A stretch of DNA of 64,000 nt from an uncultured Gammaproteobacteria bacterium (GTDB taxonomy: Bacteria; Pseudomonadota; Gammaproteobacteria; GCA-001735895): NCBI GenBank assembly GCA_913061315.1, contig CAJXUC010000001.1:72197-136196 (forward strand). The letters are read 5' to 3'. Each line of letters opens with the position of its first letter. Within the stretch, counting starts at the first letter, position 1. The notes under the pieces are model-generated. The model was not told the DNA's origin. It made no database searches and was given only the letters and a program-made list of their open reading frames with translations. A program made the translations under genes and the position numbers. Of the stretch, positions 1 through 10,782 are shown in pieces.

Positions 1-165
1 CCTTATTACAAACCAACTCGAAACCAAGTCGATTTCGCCCCTGATTATTATTTGCATGAAACTGAGGCGTGGCTGAAATACCCGCATTCACTCGAAGGAC
101 TGAGCCTAGAAGAGATTGAAACGCATCGTCCAGAACTATTTGCCATTATCAAAGATCATGTTTAA
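1..165 (+). CDS. 3' end of a phosphoribosyltransferase-family protein (partial)
   Basis: Frame 1 is open from the window edge: PYYKPTRNQVDFAPDYYLHETEAWLKYPHSLEGL...*. Resembles the YKP...PDYY..ET..W..FP tail of small purine PRTases. Confidence 0.55.
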   Translation, partial: PYYKPTRNQVDFAPDYYLHETEAWLKYPHSLEGLSLEEIETHRPELFAIIKDHV

Positions 166-323
166 GGCAGTTGAATGTATTAGATCAATTTAACAACATT
201 TAATTTAAGGGATATTGGCAAACTGTACTTTGAGACAATCTCATTCCTCAGGAAAAAGGTAAATATAGTGTCATAAAAATGCAAATAACGAATAATATCC
301 AATTCTTTTGGGTCTAAAATAAT

Positions 324-842
324 TCAATATCGATTTTTCAATAGAACATAATGTGCAGCAGACGTCACTAGATTTGTTTTTTCTGCTTCAGTCAGTGGGC
401 GTATTTTTTTTGCGGGGCTGCCATAATACAAAAACCCAGATTCAAGGCGTTTACCTGGTGGCACTAGTGAGCCAGCGCCAAGCATGACCTGATCTTCAAT
501 GACCGCATTATCCATAATGATTGAGCCCATACCAATTAAACATTGATTACCGACATGGCAGCCATGTAATAAAACTTTATGGCCAACCGTCACCTCATCA
601 CCTACATGTAATTCTGCACCGGCTGTCAACGGCAGCTTGATGTAAGAAACATGAAGAATTGAACCGTCTTGAATATTGGTATTATTACCAATGCGAATAA
701 TATTCACATCAGCACGGATTACCGTTAGTGGCCAGACGGAGCAATTTTCTCCAATCACAATGTCACCAATTAGGACGGCAGTATCATCAATGAAACTTGT
801 ATCACAAATGGTTGGGGCTTTGGCCTCAAAGTTACTTATCAT
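324..842 (-). CDS. Gamma-carbonic anhydrase family (YrdA-like) hexapeptide-repeat protein
   Basis: IRADVN.IRIG..TNIQDGSILH and VGH...LHGC motifs; likely start at MISNFE (842). Confidence 0.9.
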   Translation of the reverse strand: MISNFEAKAPTICDTSFIDDTAVLIGDIVIGENCSVWPLTVIRADVNIIRIGNNTNIQDGSILHVSYIKLPLTAGAELHVGDEVTVGHKVLLHGCHVGNQCLIGMGSIIMDNAVIEDQVMLGAGSLVPPGKRLESGFLYYGSPAKKIRPLTEAEKTNLVTSAAHYVLLKNRY

Positions 843-922
843 ATCGGTGCCTGACAGTTGGTTATTTGGTCGGTATAGTAGCGAAAAAATGAAAGCCTGA
901 GTCACTAATTAATACCATTGGA

Positions 923-1792
923 ATGAAAGTAAAAATATTAACCAAACTGCGACTTTATTCTGAGTTGATACGTCTTGAAAAGCCCATTGGTATTTATTTG
1001 CTATTGTGGCCGACGCTATGGGCTTTGACCATCGCTGGTGAAGGTTCTCCAGATGGTTGGATACTGTTTGTTTTTATTTCTGGAGTGTTTTTAATGCGGT
1101 CAGCAGGCTGTGCCATAAATGATTATGCCGACCGCAAAATTGATCTGTATGTAGAACGAACTAAAAATAGGCCGTTGACCAGTGGCAGGATGACGTCTAA
1201 CGAAGCTCTATGGGTATTTGGTGTGCTTTGCTTAATTGCATTCGCACTTGTTCTCAGTCTTAATGCATTCACCATTGCACTATCCATTGGCGGGGTATTG
1301 CTCACCGCCAGCTATCCTTTCATGAAACGGTATCATTACCTGCCGCAAGTTCATCTAGGTGCTGCGTTTGGCTGGGCTGTACCAATGGCCTTCGCGGCGC
1401 AAATTGAAGCCGTGCCCAAACAGGGATGGTTACTTTATGTTGCAACAATAGTTTGGACCACTGCTTATGACACAATGTATGGCATGGCTGACCGCGAAGA
1501 AGATTTAAAGCTCGGGATGAAATCAACCGCTATTTTATTTGGTGAATATGACCGTGCAATTATTGGCTTATTACAAGGCCTGTTTATCCTGACGCTGTGG
1601 CTAGTGGGGATTGACCTGGAATTCTCATCCATTTATTTTTATGCGTTATTACTGGCCGCTACTTTTTTAGCTTACGAGCAGTTGTTGATTGTCTATCGAG
1701 TCCCAGAATATTGCTTTAATGCTTTTTTGCATAACCATTGGGTAGGAGCCATTGTATTTTTTGGAATTATTGGACACTACTACTGGACTTAA
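923..1792 (+). CDS. ubiA: 4-hydroxybenzoate polyprenyltransferase
   Basis: RLEKPIG..LLLWP, MRSAGCAINDYADR..D, RPLTSG and YDTMY...DREED motifs. Confidence 0.95.
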   Translation: MKVKILTKLRLYSELIRLEKPIGIYLLLWPTLWALTIAGEGSPDGWILFVFISGVFLMRSAGCAINDYADRKIDLYVERTKNRPLTSGRMTSNEALWVFGVLCLIAFALVLSLNAFTIALSIGGVLLTASYPFMKRYHYLPQVHLGAAFGWAVPMAFAAQIEAVPKQGWLLYVATIVWTTAYDTMYGMADREEDLKLGMKSTAILFGEYDRAIIGLLQGLFILTLWLVGIDLEFSSIYFYALLLAATFLAYEQLLIVYRVPEYCFNAFLHNHWVGAIVFFGIIGHYYWT

Positions 1793-1804
1793 TACGAACA
1801 AATT

Positions 1805-2704
1805 TTAACGTTTTAATGCAGCGGGCTTATTACGCCGTTGATGCTTGATTTCTCGTAATGATATATAGATACCACTCGCACAAATAATCGCAATGCCAAG
1901 CCAGACGATGGCGGTAGGCAGGTAATCAAAAAACACATAACTAAGCATGGTTGCGACGATTATCTCAGTATAGTTAAAGGGTGCGACAAGTGATGCTGGG
2001 GCGTATTGGCAGGATAAAATTACCAAAAAGTGGCCAGTAGCAGCAATCAACCCAATGGATGCAAATAACAAAATGGCTTCGCTATCTGCTGGTACCCAAA
2101 TCATTGGCACCCAGGGTGTTATTGCCACAGTGCCAACAACAGCCGTATAAAAAAGTGTCATCAACGGACTGCTACTGGTTGAAACCTTCCTTGTAACCAA
2201 AATATAGAGAGCATAACTTAGGCCTGCTATTAAAGCGTATAACAGGCTAGGCTGAAATTCTGTGCTATTGGGTTGTAATACGATCAGGACACCAACAAAC
2301 CCAAATAATGTAGCCAGTAAACGCTTCAGTCCAAACTTTTCACCGAGAAAGAAAGGAGAGAGTAGGGTCACGATTAAGGGTGATACAAACAGCAGGGCTA
2401 ATGCATTCGGAATTGGGTTAGTTTTGATGCTCAAAAAGAAAAAGAATGTTGATGATAGAAGGCAGAGACCCCGAAAAATTTGAATCCATGGATGCTTAGG
2501 CATTACCCACCACTTTTCCTTTCGCCAAATTAAAATTGGGATGAGCCAAATCACATTAAATATAAACCTGCCCCAGGTAATTTGGAGCACAGGGTATTGG
2601 GCCGCTAACATTTTGGCAAAGATATCCAATAATGGAATGACCATCATGCCTAGAATCATCAAAAAAATGCCGAGCATTGGGCGATCATGATTTGGTTGAT
2701 TCAT
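1805..2704 (-). CDS. DMT (EamA/RhaT-like) transporter
   Basis: About 10 hydrophobic segments; LGEK, GFVGVLIVLQP and APASLVAPFNY patterns. Confidence 0.85.
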   Translation of the reverse strand: MNQPNHDRPMLGIFLMILGMMVIPLLDIFAKMLAAQYPVLQITWGRFIFNVIWLIPILIWRKEKWWVMPKHPWIQIFRGLCLLSSTFFFFLSIKTNPIPNALALLFVSPLIVTLLSPFFLGEKFGLKRLLATLFGFVGVLIVLQPNSTEFQPSLLYALIAGLSYALYILVTRKVSTSSSPLMTLFYTAVVGTVAITPWVPMIWVPADSEAILLFASIGLIAATGHFLVILSCQYAPASLVAPFNYTEIIVATMLSYVFFDYLPTAIVWLGIAIICASGIYISLREIKHQRRNKPAALKR

Positions 2705-2752
2705 TACTAATCAGCTATTAACAGCAAGGTAGTTCGACTAAGCGTCCGTTTG

Positions 2753-3520
2753 TTACTTACCTAAACACTTTTGGTAAGCTCGAATTGCATTGGTTAAACC
2801 CATTTCAATGGCGTCGACTGTCATGGCATGCCCAATAGACACTTCAAGCAATTGCGGCAAAGTGGCAAAATGAGTCAGATTATTTAGGTTTAAATCGTGC
2901 CCTGCATTTAAACCAATATTAAGATCAAAAGCCTTTTCAGCTGCCCGATAAAATTGCTCGAATACGGCATCAACATTGTCATTCAAGTCATAGGCTTTCG
3001 CATAGGGTCCGGTATAAAGTTCAATACGATCAGTACCCATTTGTTTCGCCAGTTCGATTTGAACCAGATCTGGGTCCATAAACAAGCTCACCCGAGTTCC
3101 TATGCCCTGAAGTGCCTCAATAATTGGCTTCAAACGATCGCCGTCAACCGTCAAGTCAAAGCCGTGATCTGATGTTAACTGTGAATTATTGTCAGGTACT
3201 AGCGTGCATTGAGCGGGCTTAATTTCTTTTACCAATTCAATAAACCCAGGGTAATCGGTCACACCAGGTCGATCACTTTTCATTGGTGCAGCGAAAGGAT
3301 TGCCTTCCATATTGAATTCAACATCGAGCATTGCAGCCAAATCAAAACAATCGCTGACGCGAATATGACGTTGGTCAGGTCTAGGATGAACAGTTATGCC
3401 ATCGGCACCCGAGTCGATGCAAACTTTGGCGTGATGCGTCACGCTCGGATACTCGGTATCACGAGAATTACGTATCAAAGCAATTTTATTTAGATTAATG
3501 CTAAGGGCTGTTTGAGTCAT
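2753..3520 (-). CDS. pdxJ: Pyridoxine 5'-phosphate synthase
   Basis: LSINLNKIALIRNSR, GITVHPRPDQRHI, RIELYTGPY, NAGHDL and EVSIGHA motifs. Confidence 0.95.
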   Translation of the reverse strand: MTQTALSINLNKIALIRNSRDTEYPSVTHHAKVCIDSGADGITVHPRPDQRHIRVSDCFDLAAMLDVEFNMEGNPFAAPMKSDRPGVTDYPGFIELVKEIKPAQCTLVPDNNSQLTSDHGFDLTVDGDRLKPIIEALQGIGTRVSLFMDPDLVQIELAKQMGTDRIELYTGPYAKAYDLNDNVDAVFEQFYRAAEKAFDLNIGLNAGHDLNLNNLTHFATLPQLLEVSIGHAMTVDAIEMGLTNAIRAYQKCLGK

Positions 3521-3978
3521 TAGTTTATGCTCGCTAAATCAAATGATGGATGACGACTAAAGCTTGTTATGTATTGGACTGGTTTAATAACGCTCATGTT
3601 ACTGCGGTTTTGATCTTGCATCCATTAGTTACGCACTATCGAATGCCAGAGATTCGCCTTATTAAAATCATTTCATTAGATGTTGTTATAAGGGCTACTC
3701 GAAGAGTTGAAAAGCTGGCAATTAATAGAGCTGTTATTGATGAATATAAAATAACTTTTTGAAGATGGTCAATAAAAATTGTTATAAGTTGTTATAGGTT
3801 TTAGCTTTTAGAAAATATGGTATTACCTATACCCTATTCAGTCCAAATGAGGCACTTGGTAACGGCTTCTTTTGTAAATCTATTACCAACGACAATAATT
3901 TTAACGAATAAAACGAATTGACTAAAGCCTAGATATTGAACATTGGTTGGGTGCTTTGAATCTCGCTAGGTAATTATG

Positions 3979-6900
3979 TTACTTAGTCACAATTAGTTCA
4001 GGCACCCGCCAAGCATCATAAGTCTTCCATTTTGAGATCCATTCAGGAATATCAGCAGATGGCATAGGCCGAGCGATGCAATAACCCTGAGCTAACTTAC
4101 AGCCCAGTTTAAGCAGTGCCTCTCCATGGGCAATGGTTTCTACACCTTCGGCAATCACTTCACGTTGAAATGTCTTAGCTAATCCAATTACCCCTTCCAC
4201 AATCGCTAAATCTTCAGCATCTTCTAACATGTTAAGCACAAAACTCTGGTCGATTTTAATTAAGTAAGCTGGCAGGCGTCTGAGATGAGTGAGTGACGAG
4301 TACCCTGTACCAAAGTCATCTAAGGCAAAACGTATGCCTAACTCATGACAGGTATTCATGGTGTTAAACACTTGGCTAATGTCACTTAATTCGCTGGTTT
4401 CAAGTATTTCTAGTTCTAAATAAGTTGGACTAACATCTGGATAAACTGCCAGCAAGATTGCTAAACGAGAGGGGAAGTTATCTTGTTGTAATTGATAAGC
4501 ACTAATGTTGACACTAATCGCCAACCTTATACCCATGCGATGCCATTGACTTAATTGCTTTAATGCGTTGATTATAACCCATTCACCTACTTCTAGACTA
4601 ATGACATGACCCTCTATTATAGTCAAGAAATCTAAAGGTGGAATCAAACCACGGTCAGGATGCTGCCAACGAATTAGCGCTTCTACACCCATTACTTCAC
4701 TCGTGTTCATGTTCACCTTGGGTTGATAGTGCAGAAAAAATTCATTCAGTTCTAAAGCTGAATGAATATCATCTAATTCCGCTCTTTGAATCTCGATTGC
4801 ATTATTGTGTTCGGTATCAAATAAGTGATAACGATTCTTACCCCCTTGTTTAGCGAGATACATGGCTTGATCAGCGCGTCGCATGAGCTGATCTGGCTCC
4901 ACACCGTCCTGTGGGTATAGGGTGACACCAATACTGGCTGAAACTTGCATCACGTCATCATCCAGGGTAACTGCTTCAGAAGCGGCCATAAGTAGCCGTT
5001 CTAGTACAGGCTTACTCTCTTCAATGTTGTCTAAATCAACTATGACAGCAATAAACTCGTCACCCCCAATGCGGGCCAGCGTATCTCCTTCGCGCAGCGC
5101 CTCTTTCATACGATGTGATAATCTAATAAGTAGTTCATCCCCCACGTTATGGCCATAAGTATCATTAACCTCTTTGAAACTATCGAGATCAAGGAATGCG
5201 ACCGCTAAAGATTGTTTGCGACGATGGCATTGCATTATGGCTTGGCTTATTCGATCTGCGAGTAAGACACGGTTAGGCAGGTTAGTGAGTAAGTCATAAT
5301 GGGCATTGTGTTCGAGCTTTTTTTCAGTGTGTTTACGCTCAGTAATGTCAGTATGAATGCCGATCATTCTTAAGGGCTGCTGTGACGAACTCCATTCGGT
5401 AATTTCACCTAAAGTATTGAACCAGAGCCAGCCGCCTCCTTTCTTACTTCGTCGGTATTCGCTAGAAAATTCAATGCCGTGACTCAGGCAGGTCTGAAAA
5501 GAAGTCATTACGGCATCGTGATCATCTGGATGTAGGCTATCCTCCCAGCCCTGTAAGTCACCATGGAAGTTGACAGGGTTATAACCCAGCTGTTTAGCAT
5601 ACTCTGAACTGGTCAATGCCACCCCTGTTTGGATATTTAAGTCAAACCAAGCTTGCTTCGTGACAGCCAACGCAAGACGTAAACGGTTTTCACTAAACTT
5701 CAGTATTGATTCAGATTGTTTTTTTTCAATGGCAATGCTGGCTAGGTCAGCTGCTTGTTCAAGCGCAGAAATATTAGCGTTTGTCGGGGAATATACTTTG
5801 TGACAATAGATGCCAAAGGTGCCCAACAATTTACCGTTTGTGGCGAAGATTGGTTCTGACCAGCACGATACTAGTTTTGCTTTACTGGCCAGTTCCTTAA
5901 AGTTAGTCCAATAAGGATGGGACTGAATATCCTCAACAATGACGCGCTTATTAATAAAAGCGGCTGTTCCGCAGGAGCCAGCACCCATACTAATTTCTAT
6001 GCCATCAATCGCATCTCTATAAAACTCAGGAAGGCTTGGTGCAGCGCTAACCAATAAATTTTCCCCAAAATCATCTACTAATAAGATGCTACATAGCAAA
6101 GCTGGATTTTCTTCCTCAATGACTCGCACAATGGCTTCCGTTATGACTGCCAAGGTTACGTCACTTGCGATTAGCTCTAAAATATGGGTGCGAGACTTCC
6201 CCCATGATAAGACTTGATTACGCTCTGTAATATCCTGAGCCGTTCCGAATGACTGTGATGGTGTACCATTACTGTTAAACATAAACTCATGACGGGTATG
6301 AAGGTGGCGAGTATCGCCTGAAGGGCTGATAATTCGGTATTCAAGGTTTACCTTGTTGGTTAACCTTTCAGGGTCATTTTTGCTTTGTTTGAAATATTCT
6401 TTATCGTCAGGGTGAACTAAATTGATGACAGCTTCTGAGCTAGTGAAATAATCCAGTGCCTCAGGCACGGTCATGCTAAATAATAGTGCAAACTGAGTAG
6501 AGCAGGCAATTAATCTGTCTTCGACTAAATCCCAGCTCCAGTGGCCCATGTTCCCCATGGATTCTGCCTGACTAAATAATATGTTGCTTTTGCGCAAACT
6601 TTCTTTCGTTAATAAATTCGCAGTGATGTCAGTGGATATTGCACCTAGGCCATGGACATCGCCATCAGCGTTGAATATGGGGAACTTTACTGTTTGTAGT
6701 TTGCGTGGTTGGATATCAATATCAAATTCAATTGTTTGTTCACGTAATTCAGTTTTCCCAGAAGTTAGAACAGATAAATCATGCTCTCGCGAAGAAGCAG
6801 ATAGTTTGGGAGAAAAAATATTATCTGGGAGCAATCCCACTAGGTCATTACTTTTAACGCCACAATTTTTTTCAAATTGTTTATTGACCTTTACATAGCG

Positions 6901-7065
6901 GCCTTCTTTGTCCTTCAAATAAACTTCTAAAGGTGCATTTTCCAATATAGCATCGAGTCGCTGCTTGTGTATTAAGAGGTCATTTTTGGCTTTAGTGAGG
7001 CTATAAAGTTCTTTACGAAGGCGTTCATTTTCCAAAAGCAAGGCGGAAGAGGTCTTCTCATTCAT
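3979..7065 (-). CDS. PAS-PAS-GAF-PAS-GGDEF-EAL c-di-GMP cyclase/phosphodiesterase
   Basis: PAS/PAC ends (DITERK), GAF (GSCGTAAF...CWSEPI), REGD I-site plus GGDEF, EALIRW and DDFGTGYSS all intact. Confidence 0.93.
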   Translation of the reverse strand: MNEKTSSALLLENERLRKELYSLTKAKNDLLIHKQRLDAILENAPLEVYLKDKEGRYVKVNKQFEKNCGVKSNDLVGLLPDNIFSPKLSASSREHDLSVLTSGKTELREQTIEFDIDIQPRKLQTVKFPIFNADGDVHGLGAISTDITANLLTKESLRKSNILFSQAESMGNMGHWSWDLVEDRLIACSTQFALLFSMTVPEALDYFTSSEAVINLVHPDDKEYFKQSKNDPERLTNKVNLEYRIISPSGDTRHLHTRHEFMFNSNGTPSQSFGTAQDITERNQVLSWGKSRTHILELIASDVTLAVITEAIVRVIEEENPALLCSILLVDDFGENLLVSAAPSLPEFYRDAIDGIEISMGAGSCGTAAFINKRVIVEDIQSHPYWTNFKELASKAKLVSCWSEPIFATNGKLLGTFGIYCHKVYSPTNANISALEQAADLASIAIEKKQSESILKFSENRLRLALAVTKQAWFDLNIQTGVALTSSEYAKQLGYNPVNFHGDLQGWEDSLHPDDHDAVMTSFQTCLSHGIEFSSEYRRSKKGGGWLWFNTLGEITEWSSSQQPLRMIGIHTDITERKHTEKKLEHNAHYDLLTNLPNRVLLADRISQAIMQCHRRKQSLAVAFLDLDSFKEVNDTYGHNVGDELLIRLSHRMKEALREGDTLARIGGDEFIAVIVDLDNIEESKPVLERLLMAASEAVTLDDDVMQVSASIGVTLYPQDGVEPDQLMRRADQAMYLAKQGGKNRYHLFDTEHNNAIEIQRAELDDIHSALELNEFFLHYQPKVNMNTSEVMGVEALIRWQHPDRGLIPPLDFLTIIEGHVISLEVGEWVIINALKQLSQWHRMGIRLAISVNISAYQLQQDNFPSRLAILLAVYPDVSPTYLELEILETSELSDISQVFNTMNTCHELGIRFALDDFGTGYSSLTHLRRLPAYLIKIDQSFVLNMLEDAEDLAIVEGVIGLAKTFQREVIAEGVETIAHGEALLKLGCKLAQGYCIARPMPSADIPEWISKWKTYDAWRVPELIVTK

Positions 7066-7842
7066 TTAGACGACACCCGATGCCACTTGTCAGTGTTAAT
7101 TGGAATTTGATCATTACCTAAGCTTAGTAGAGGATAAAATTAATGCCAATGGGAATAAATCACTAGGTGGTTACGGTAATTGGATGCAGTGGTTTTTTTA
7201 GCTGAACTTTCAATGAGTTAGATTTCTAACCCTCAATTAAGATTTCTTAAAAAGTAAATTATTAGTTAAATGAAATTTAAAAAGATTAATAAAAAGTAAT
7301 AATTGTATCCGCCAATTAAAATCACTCAACAAGCCTAAGAAAGACTGCTAAAAAATCAAGCCTTCTATATTAAGACGCTGTAATGGAAAGCGGTGTTATA
7401 GAATCACAGATATGCTCAAAACTATTAGTTGCTTTATCACAATATGCCTTGTTTGGAGGTAGTCATGGGTTAGTCTGGGTGCGTTGTGCCACTCAGCATG
7501 GAAATTAAAAAAATTAAGTTTTCTATACAGAGTTTGGCATCATCTTGAGAAGATCTAAAGCCAGCTTGCTAAGGTGAGAAGAAGTGGCGACAGACTGTAT
7601 TTGAGTTAGCCTGTTGATATTGAATGTTGGTATCAATTGAAAGATTTCTGGATACCTCAACCATGGTGTTTATAAACCTCTGAACTTCAAGATCAATTCC
7701 AAAATAGTTCATTAAACTTTAAATATTAGAGTGAATTTTTATTGTTTAATGAGGTATGAAATCGTTTTGAGTATTATAAAAACCCTAATTAAATTAGAAA
7801 TAGGGGCGCAATAAACAACAGTAACATGATAAGTTTACAATA

Positions 7843-8616
7843 TCAGCTATCGTAAAGTGCACTCATTGATGCGGCTGCTCGTTTGAGTGATGGGAGATAC
7901 TGTCTAAGTAAAGCCAGAGATTTTCTAATAGTGGGGGCATGCATTGCAACAGTGAAACAGATTTCGTTTTTGGCATTAAATACGGGCACAGCGAGTGCAA
8001 CCATGCCCGGCAAAAATTCTTCATCATCGATGCCGATACCATCTCGTTTAATCAGTTTTAACTCAGTCTCAAGTTTAACCGGATCTGTTATTGATCGTTC
8101 GGTATATTGTTTCAGTGGTGCTGCGCAGATTAGTTTTTTACGCTGATTTGATGGCATGTGGGCAAGAAATAGTTTGCCGCTGGCGGTACAGTGTAAGGGT
8201 AGGTGAGAGCCAATTTTTAAATCAATTCGATAAGGCCAGTCACCTTCAACACGATCAAAATAAATCGTATGGTCGCCATCTAGCATAGCGCAATTGCAAG
8301 TTTCTTCTATTTCTTCAGACAAGGCCCTCAAGATGGCATGACGAGGTGCAGTTGACGCTCGATTTGTCAGAACGTCAAAACTGACATTTTTAAGTTTTGG
8401 ACCGATGGTTAAACGCTTGTTATTGGGTTCATACTGCAAATAACCTGCCTCTTCTAATTGTGAAGTTATCCGATGAACGGTTGGTTTAGGAATATCTAAT
8501 TCCTCGAGTAGGTCCGAGACTGTTTGCGCACGGGATGATGCGGCTACTTTTTCTAAAATTAACAGGCCTCTTAATAACGGCGAATTATTTTTACCACCTG
8601 AATTATTTTCTGACAT
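7843..8616 (-). CDS. IclR-family transcriptional regulator (IseR-like by context)
   Basis: HTH LDIPKPTVHRI, PLHCTASGKLFLA and EEFLPGMVALAVP; start probably MSENN (8616). Confidence 0.9.
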   Translation of the reverse strand: MSENNSGGKNNSPLLRGLLILEKVAASSRAQTVSDLLEELDIPKPTVHRITSQLEEAGYLQYEPNNKRLTIGPKLKNVSFDVLTNRASTAPRHAILRALSEEIEETCNCAMLDGDHTIYFDRVEGDWPYRIDLKIGSHLPLHCTASGKLFLAHMPSNQRKKLICAAPLKQYTERSITDPVKLETELKLIKRDGIGIDDEEFLPGMVALAVPVFNAKNEICFTVAMHAPTIRKSLALLRQYLPSLKRAAASMSALYDS

Positions 8617-8720
8617 TGAAAAACCTATCTTAGAATAAACACCTTTTAAAAAAGTCAAAGGTGTTGCCATTGTTTATATCAACACTGTAGGAATTTTTTT
8701 CCCCTTGGTGTGTCTCTTGT

Positions 8721-9743
8721 TTACAGATAACTATAACCCCAAAACAGCACGAGGTAGGTCGACAATGGAGGCCAAAAGCTTCTAGCACTCAGTCCGCCAT
8801 TAAGGAAAAGAGATAAGGTAACACATGCCTTACGATCTGAAAATATGAGATGTTATAAATGTCACTTGCAACATATGGGCTGAAACCATAGGTTGAGGTT
8901 ATAAAAGCTATCGCATTATCCACCAGAAAAAACCGCAAAGTTAATGGGGTCTACGCCAACAGTATAGGCCATGGACTCTAATATAGGGGTTAAAATTATA
9001 GTGATTGGGAGGCTTTCTAACACTGCACCTGCTTAATGCCAACAGCATACAGGTAATGATGATAAGCATTGGCTCACCTAATGATGAGGTTACATCGTCC
9101 AAAAAAACCAAGTTCCTAGCTCCCAGTAATGAGAGTATCAGTTGCATGACGATAGAAACAGCAACTAATGGTGCTAAAATGTTAGTGATTTGACCTCATT
9201 GCATGAGTATATTAAGCATGCCGCCAATAAATAATTCACTTATCTGATGTTTGGCAAAAAAACATAGAAAATAAAATGATAATGCTAACCATACCACTAG
9301 TTGCTGCTGCAAACTTTTTTATCATAACCACCCTCAACTAGTTGAGGATGCATGATCAAAATAATAGTTGTGGAAGTATCGGAGTTTGACTCAGATATAG
9401 CCGCGAAGATACCTCAGGCTGATACCAATGCCATCCTCAGCCCACCATGAGCAGAAACCAAGCATGGAATAAGCAAAGTCAGAGAGAGGTATTGCAATAC
9501 TGGCGGCATTGATTAAATCACCCGTCATAATAAATAACGGCAATACCAGCAGATCCAAAAACTTAAACCTTCAAATAAAGTTGAGCCAATATTAGCCAGC
9601 ATAAAGTCGATCATTCGACTGATACAAGCGACCCAGAAGCCAAGCAACAAAAAATATAGCCAAACCAAAGATAAACAGGGCCGTGACACCGAGTCAATTA
9701 GAGTGTAATTTAAAAAACTGTTCCTGAATTGTTCCCAGCCCAT
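8721..9743 (-). pseudogene. Decayed TRAP large permease (DctM)
   Basis: Frameshifted pieces: LANIGSTLFEGL, PLFIMTGDLINAA, IFAAISESNS, MHPQLVEGGYDKKF, ISELFIGG, IILTPIL..VGVDPINFAV, YVASDI...YFQIVRHVLPYL. Contains stops and an internal deletion. Confidence 0.85.
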
Positions 9744-9850
9744 TCAATAGTGCTTGCATGATAACCGCTTCGCCACACTGACATCGTTGAATATCCTGTA
9801 ACAAACGCTGTATGGCGTGAACGATAATTAGACTCCAGACCACTGGCACC
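9735..9850 (-). pseudogene. C-terminal remnant of TRAP small permease (DctQ)
   Basis: VPVVWSLIIVHAIQRLLQDIQR..GEAV resembles the last TM and tail of DctQ and lies immediately upstream of dctM. Confidence 0.55.
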
Positions 9851-10430
9851 AGATTAAAATGAATTAGGTACATTGCGATACGACTTTACTGAGTTCCAGT
9901 AAAGCTGATTTTCATGCCTGCCAGTTGGTCAATCAATGTAGCCCTTTGCTTGTCTTTCTACTTAAGACCTAATTTCAAACCACGTGATTCACAATAATAA
10001 TTATAGGTCATAACGTTTTTTCAATGGTTCCCGCAGCAGCGCTTCACTTTTATGGCTATTCAGGAAATGATATTGAGCTGCACGAGATAGAAGCATATAG
10101 GCCTAGTTGAGCACGTTTAAATAAGGGGCGCTGAACGCCTAGTTTTGAATCGAGGCAGAAAAAATATCGACAATGCCCTGCTGTGTTTTCTTAACTGAGC
10201 TGGTTTGACCACAAAAAATTGAGTGACTACCAATAATTTCAACTCGTATTTCACCATTCGTAGGGTCTTCCAAATTTTTAGCAAAAAATAATCCACCCTA
10301 TTTTTGAATATCAAGATTGGTTTCATTCAATCTCGAAGCGCCAAACTTCAATTAGAAATTTGGCCCCATAGCATAGCGTTTTTTGCGTTTCAGAATCACA
10401 GTGAGACTCTCCGTTCGGATTTTTGGACAT
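9840..10430 (-). pseudogene. Decayed TRAP substrate-binding protein (DctP), N-terminal half
   Basis: ATG at 10430 with SD-like GAGG. Reads LKFGASRLNE..., TNGEIRVEIIG, KKTQQGIVDIFSAS, APYLNVL, AQYHFL, LAGMKISFTGTQ*SRIAM, with several in-frame stops. Confidence 0.75.
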
Positions 10431-10585
10431 TGATTCTTTCCCTCAATTTAATTTAATGATCGTACAATGTCATTTGTGCCGTTTTCACCTTTTTATAAGA
10501 AGGTAAAGGCAAGGGTTGCCTCTCTACTATTACGTCGAATTTTCACATTTAGACCCACTCAGAAATTGATGCAGATCTATTTTGT

Positions 10586-10602
10586 TGATACCATGCGTCT
10601 CA
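10586..10602. promoter_or_regulatory. Candidate IclR operator, copy 1 (TGATAC-catgc-GTCTCA)
   Basis: Imperfect 6-5-6 palindrome in the divergent intergenic region between pseudo-dctP and the GMC gene; recurs at 14092 and 14632. Confidence 0.55.
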
Positions 10603-10782
10603 GTTTTATACAAAATATAACTTTGAACCTTATATTATTGTTTGAAAACTAATATGTTTGATTAAATTTAACAGTGCGGTGTAACGAATATAGCAACGAC
10701 AAGAGAATCATCTATTTGCCATGGCTGGTTGTTTCGTAACCCAGGCATTGAATAAAGAGAGCATCTAAGAACGAGCACATAA

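Noticed and set aside
3550-3960. 70-aa ORF and TTGTTATA direct repeats between pdxJ and the GGDEF-EAL gene
   Set aside because: No recognisable protein motif, and short AT-rich repeats are expected by chance.
7380-7740. Minus-strand text YLKFNELF/GIDLEVQRFINTMVEVSRNLSIDT resembling an EAL-domain end, plus FHAEWH resembling thioredoxin
   Set aside because: Too short and broken to distinguish from chance without a search.
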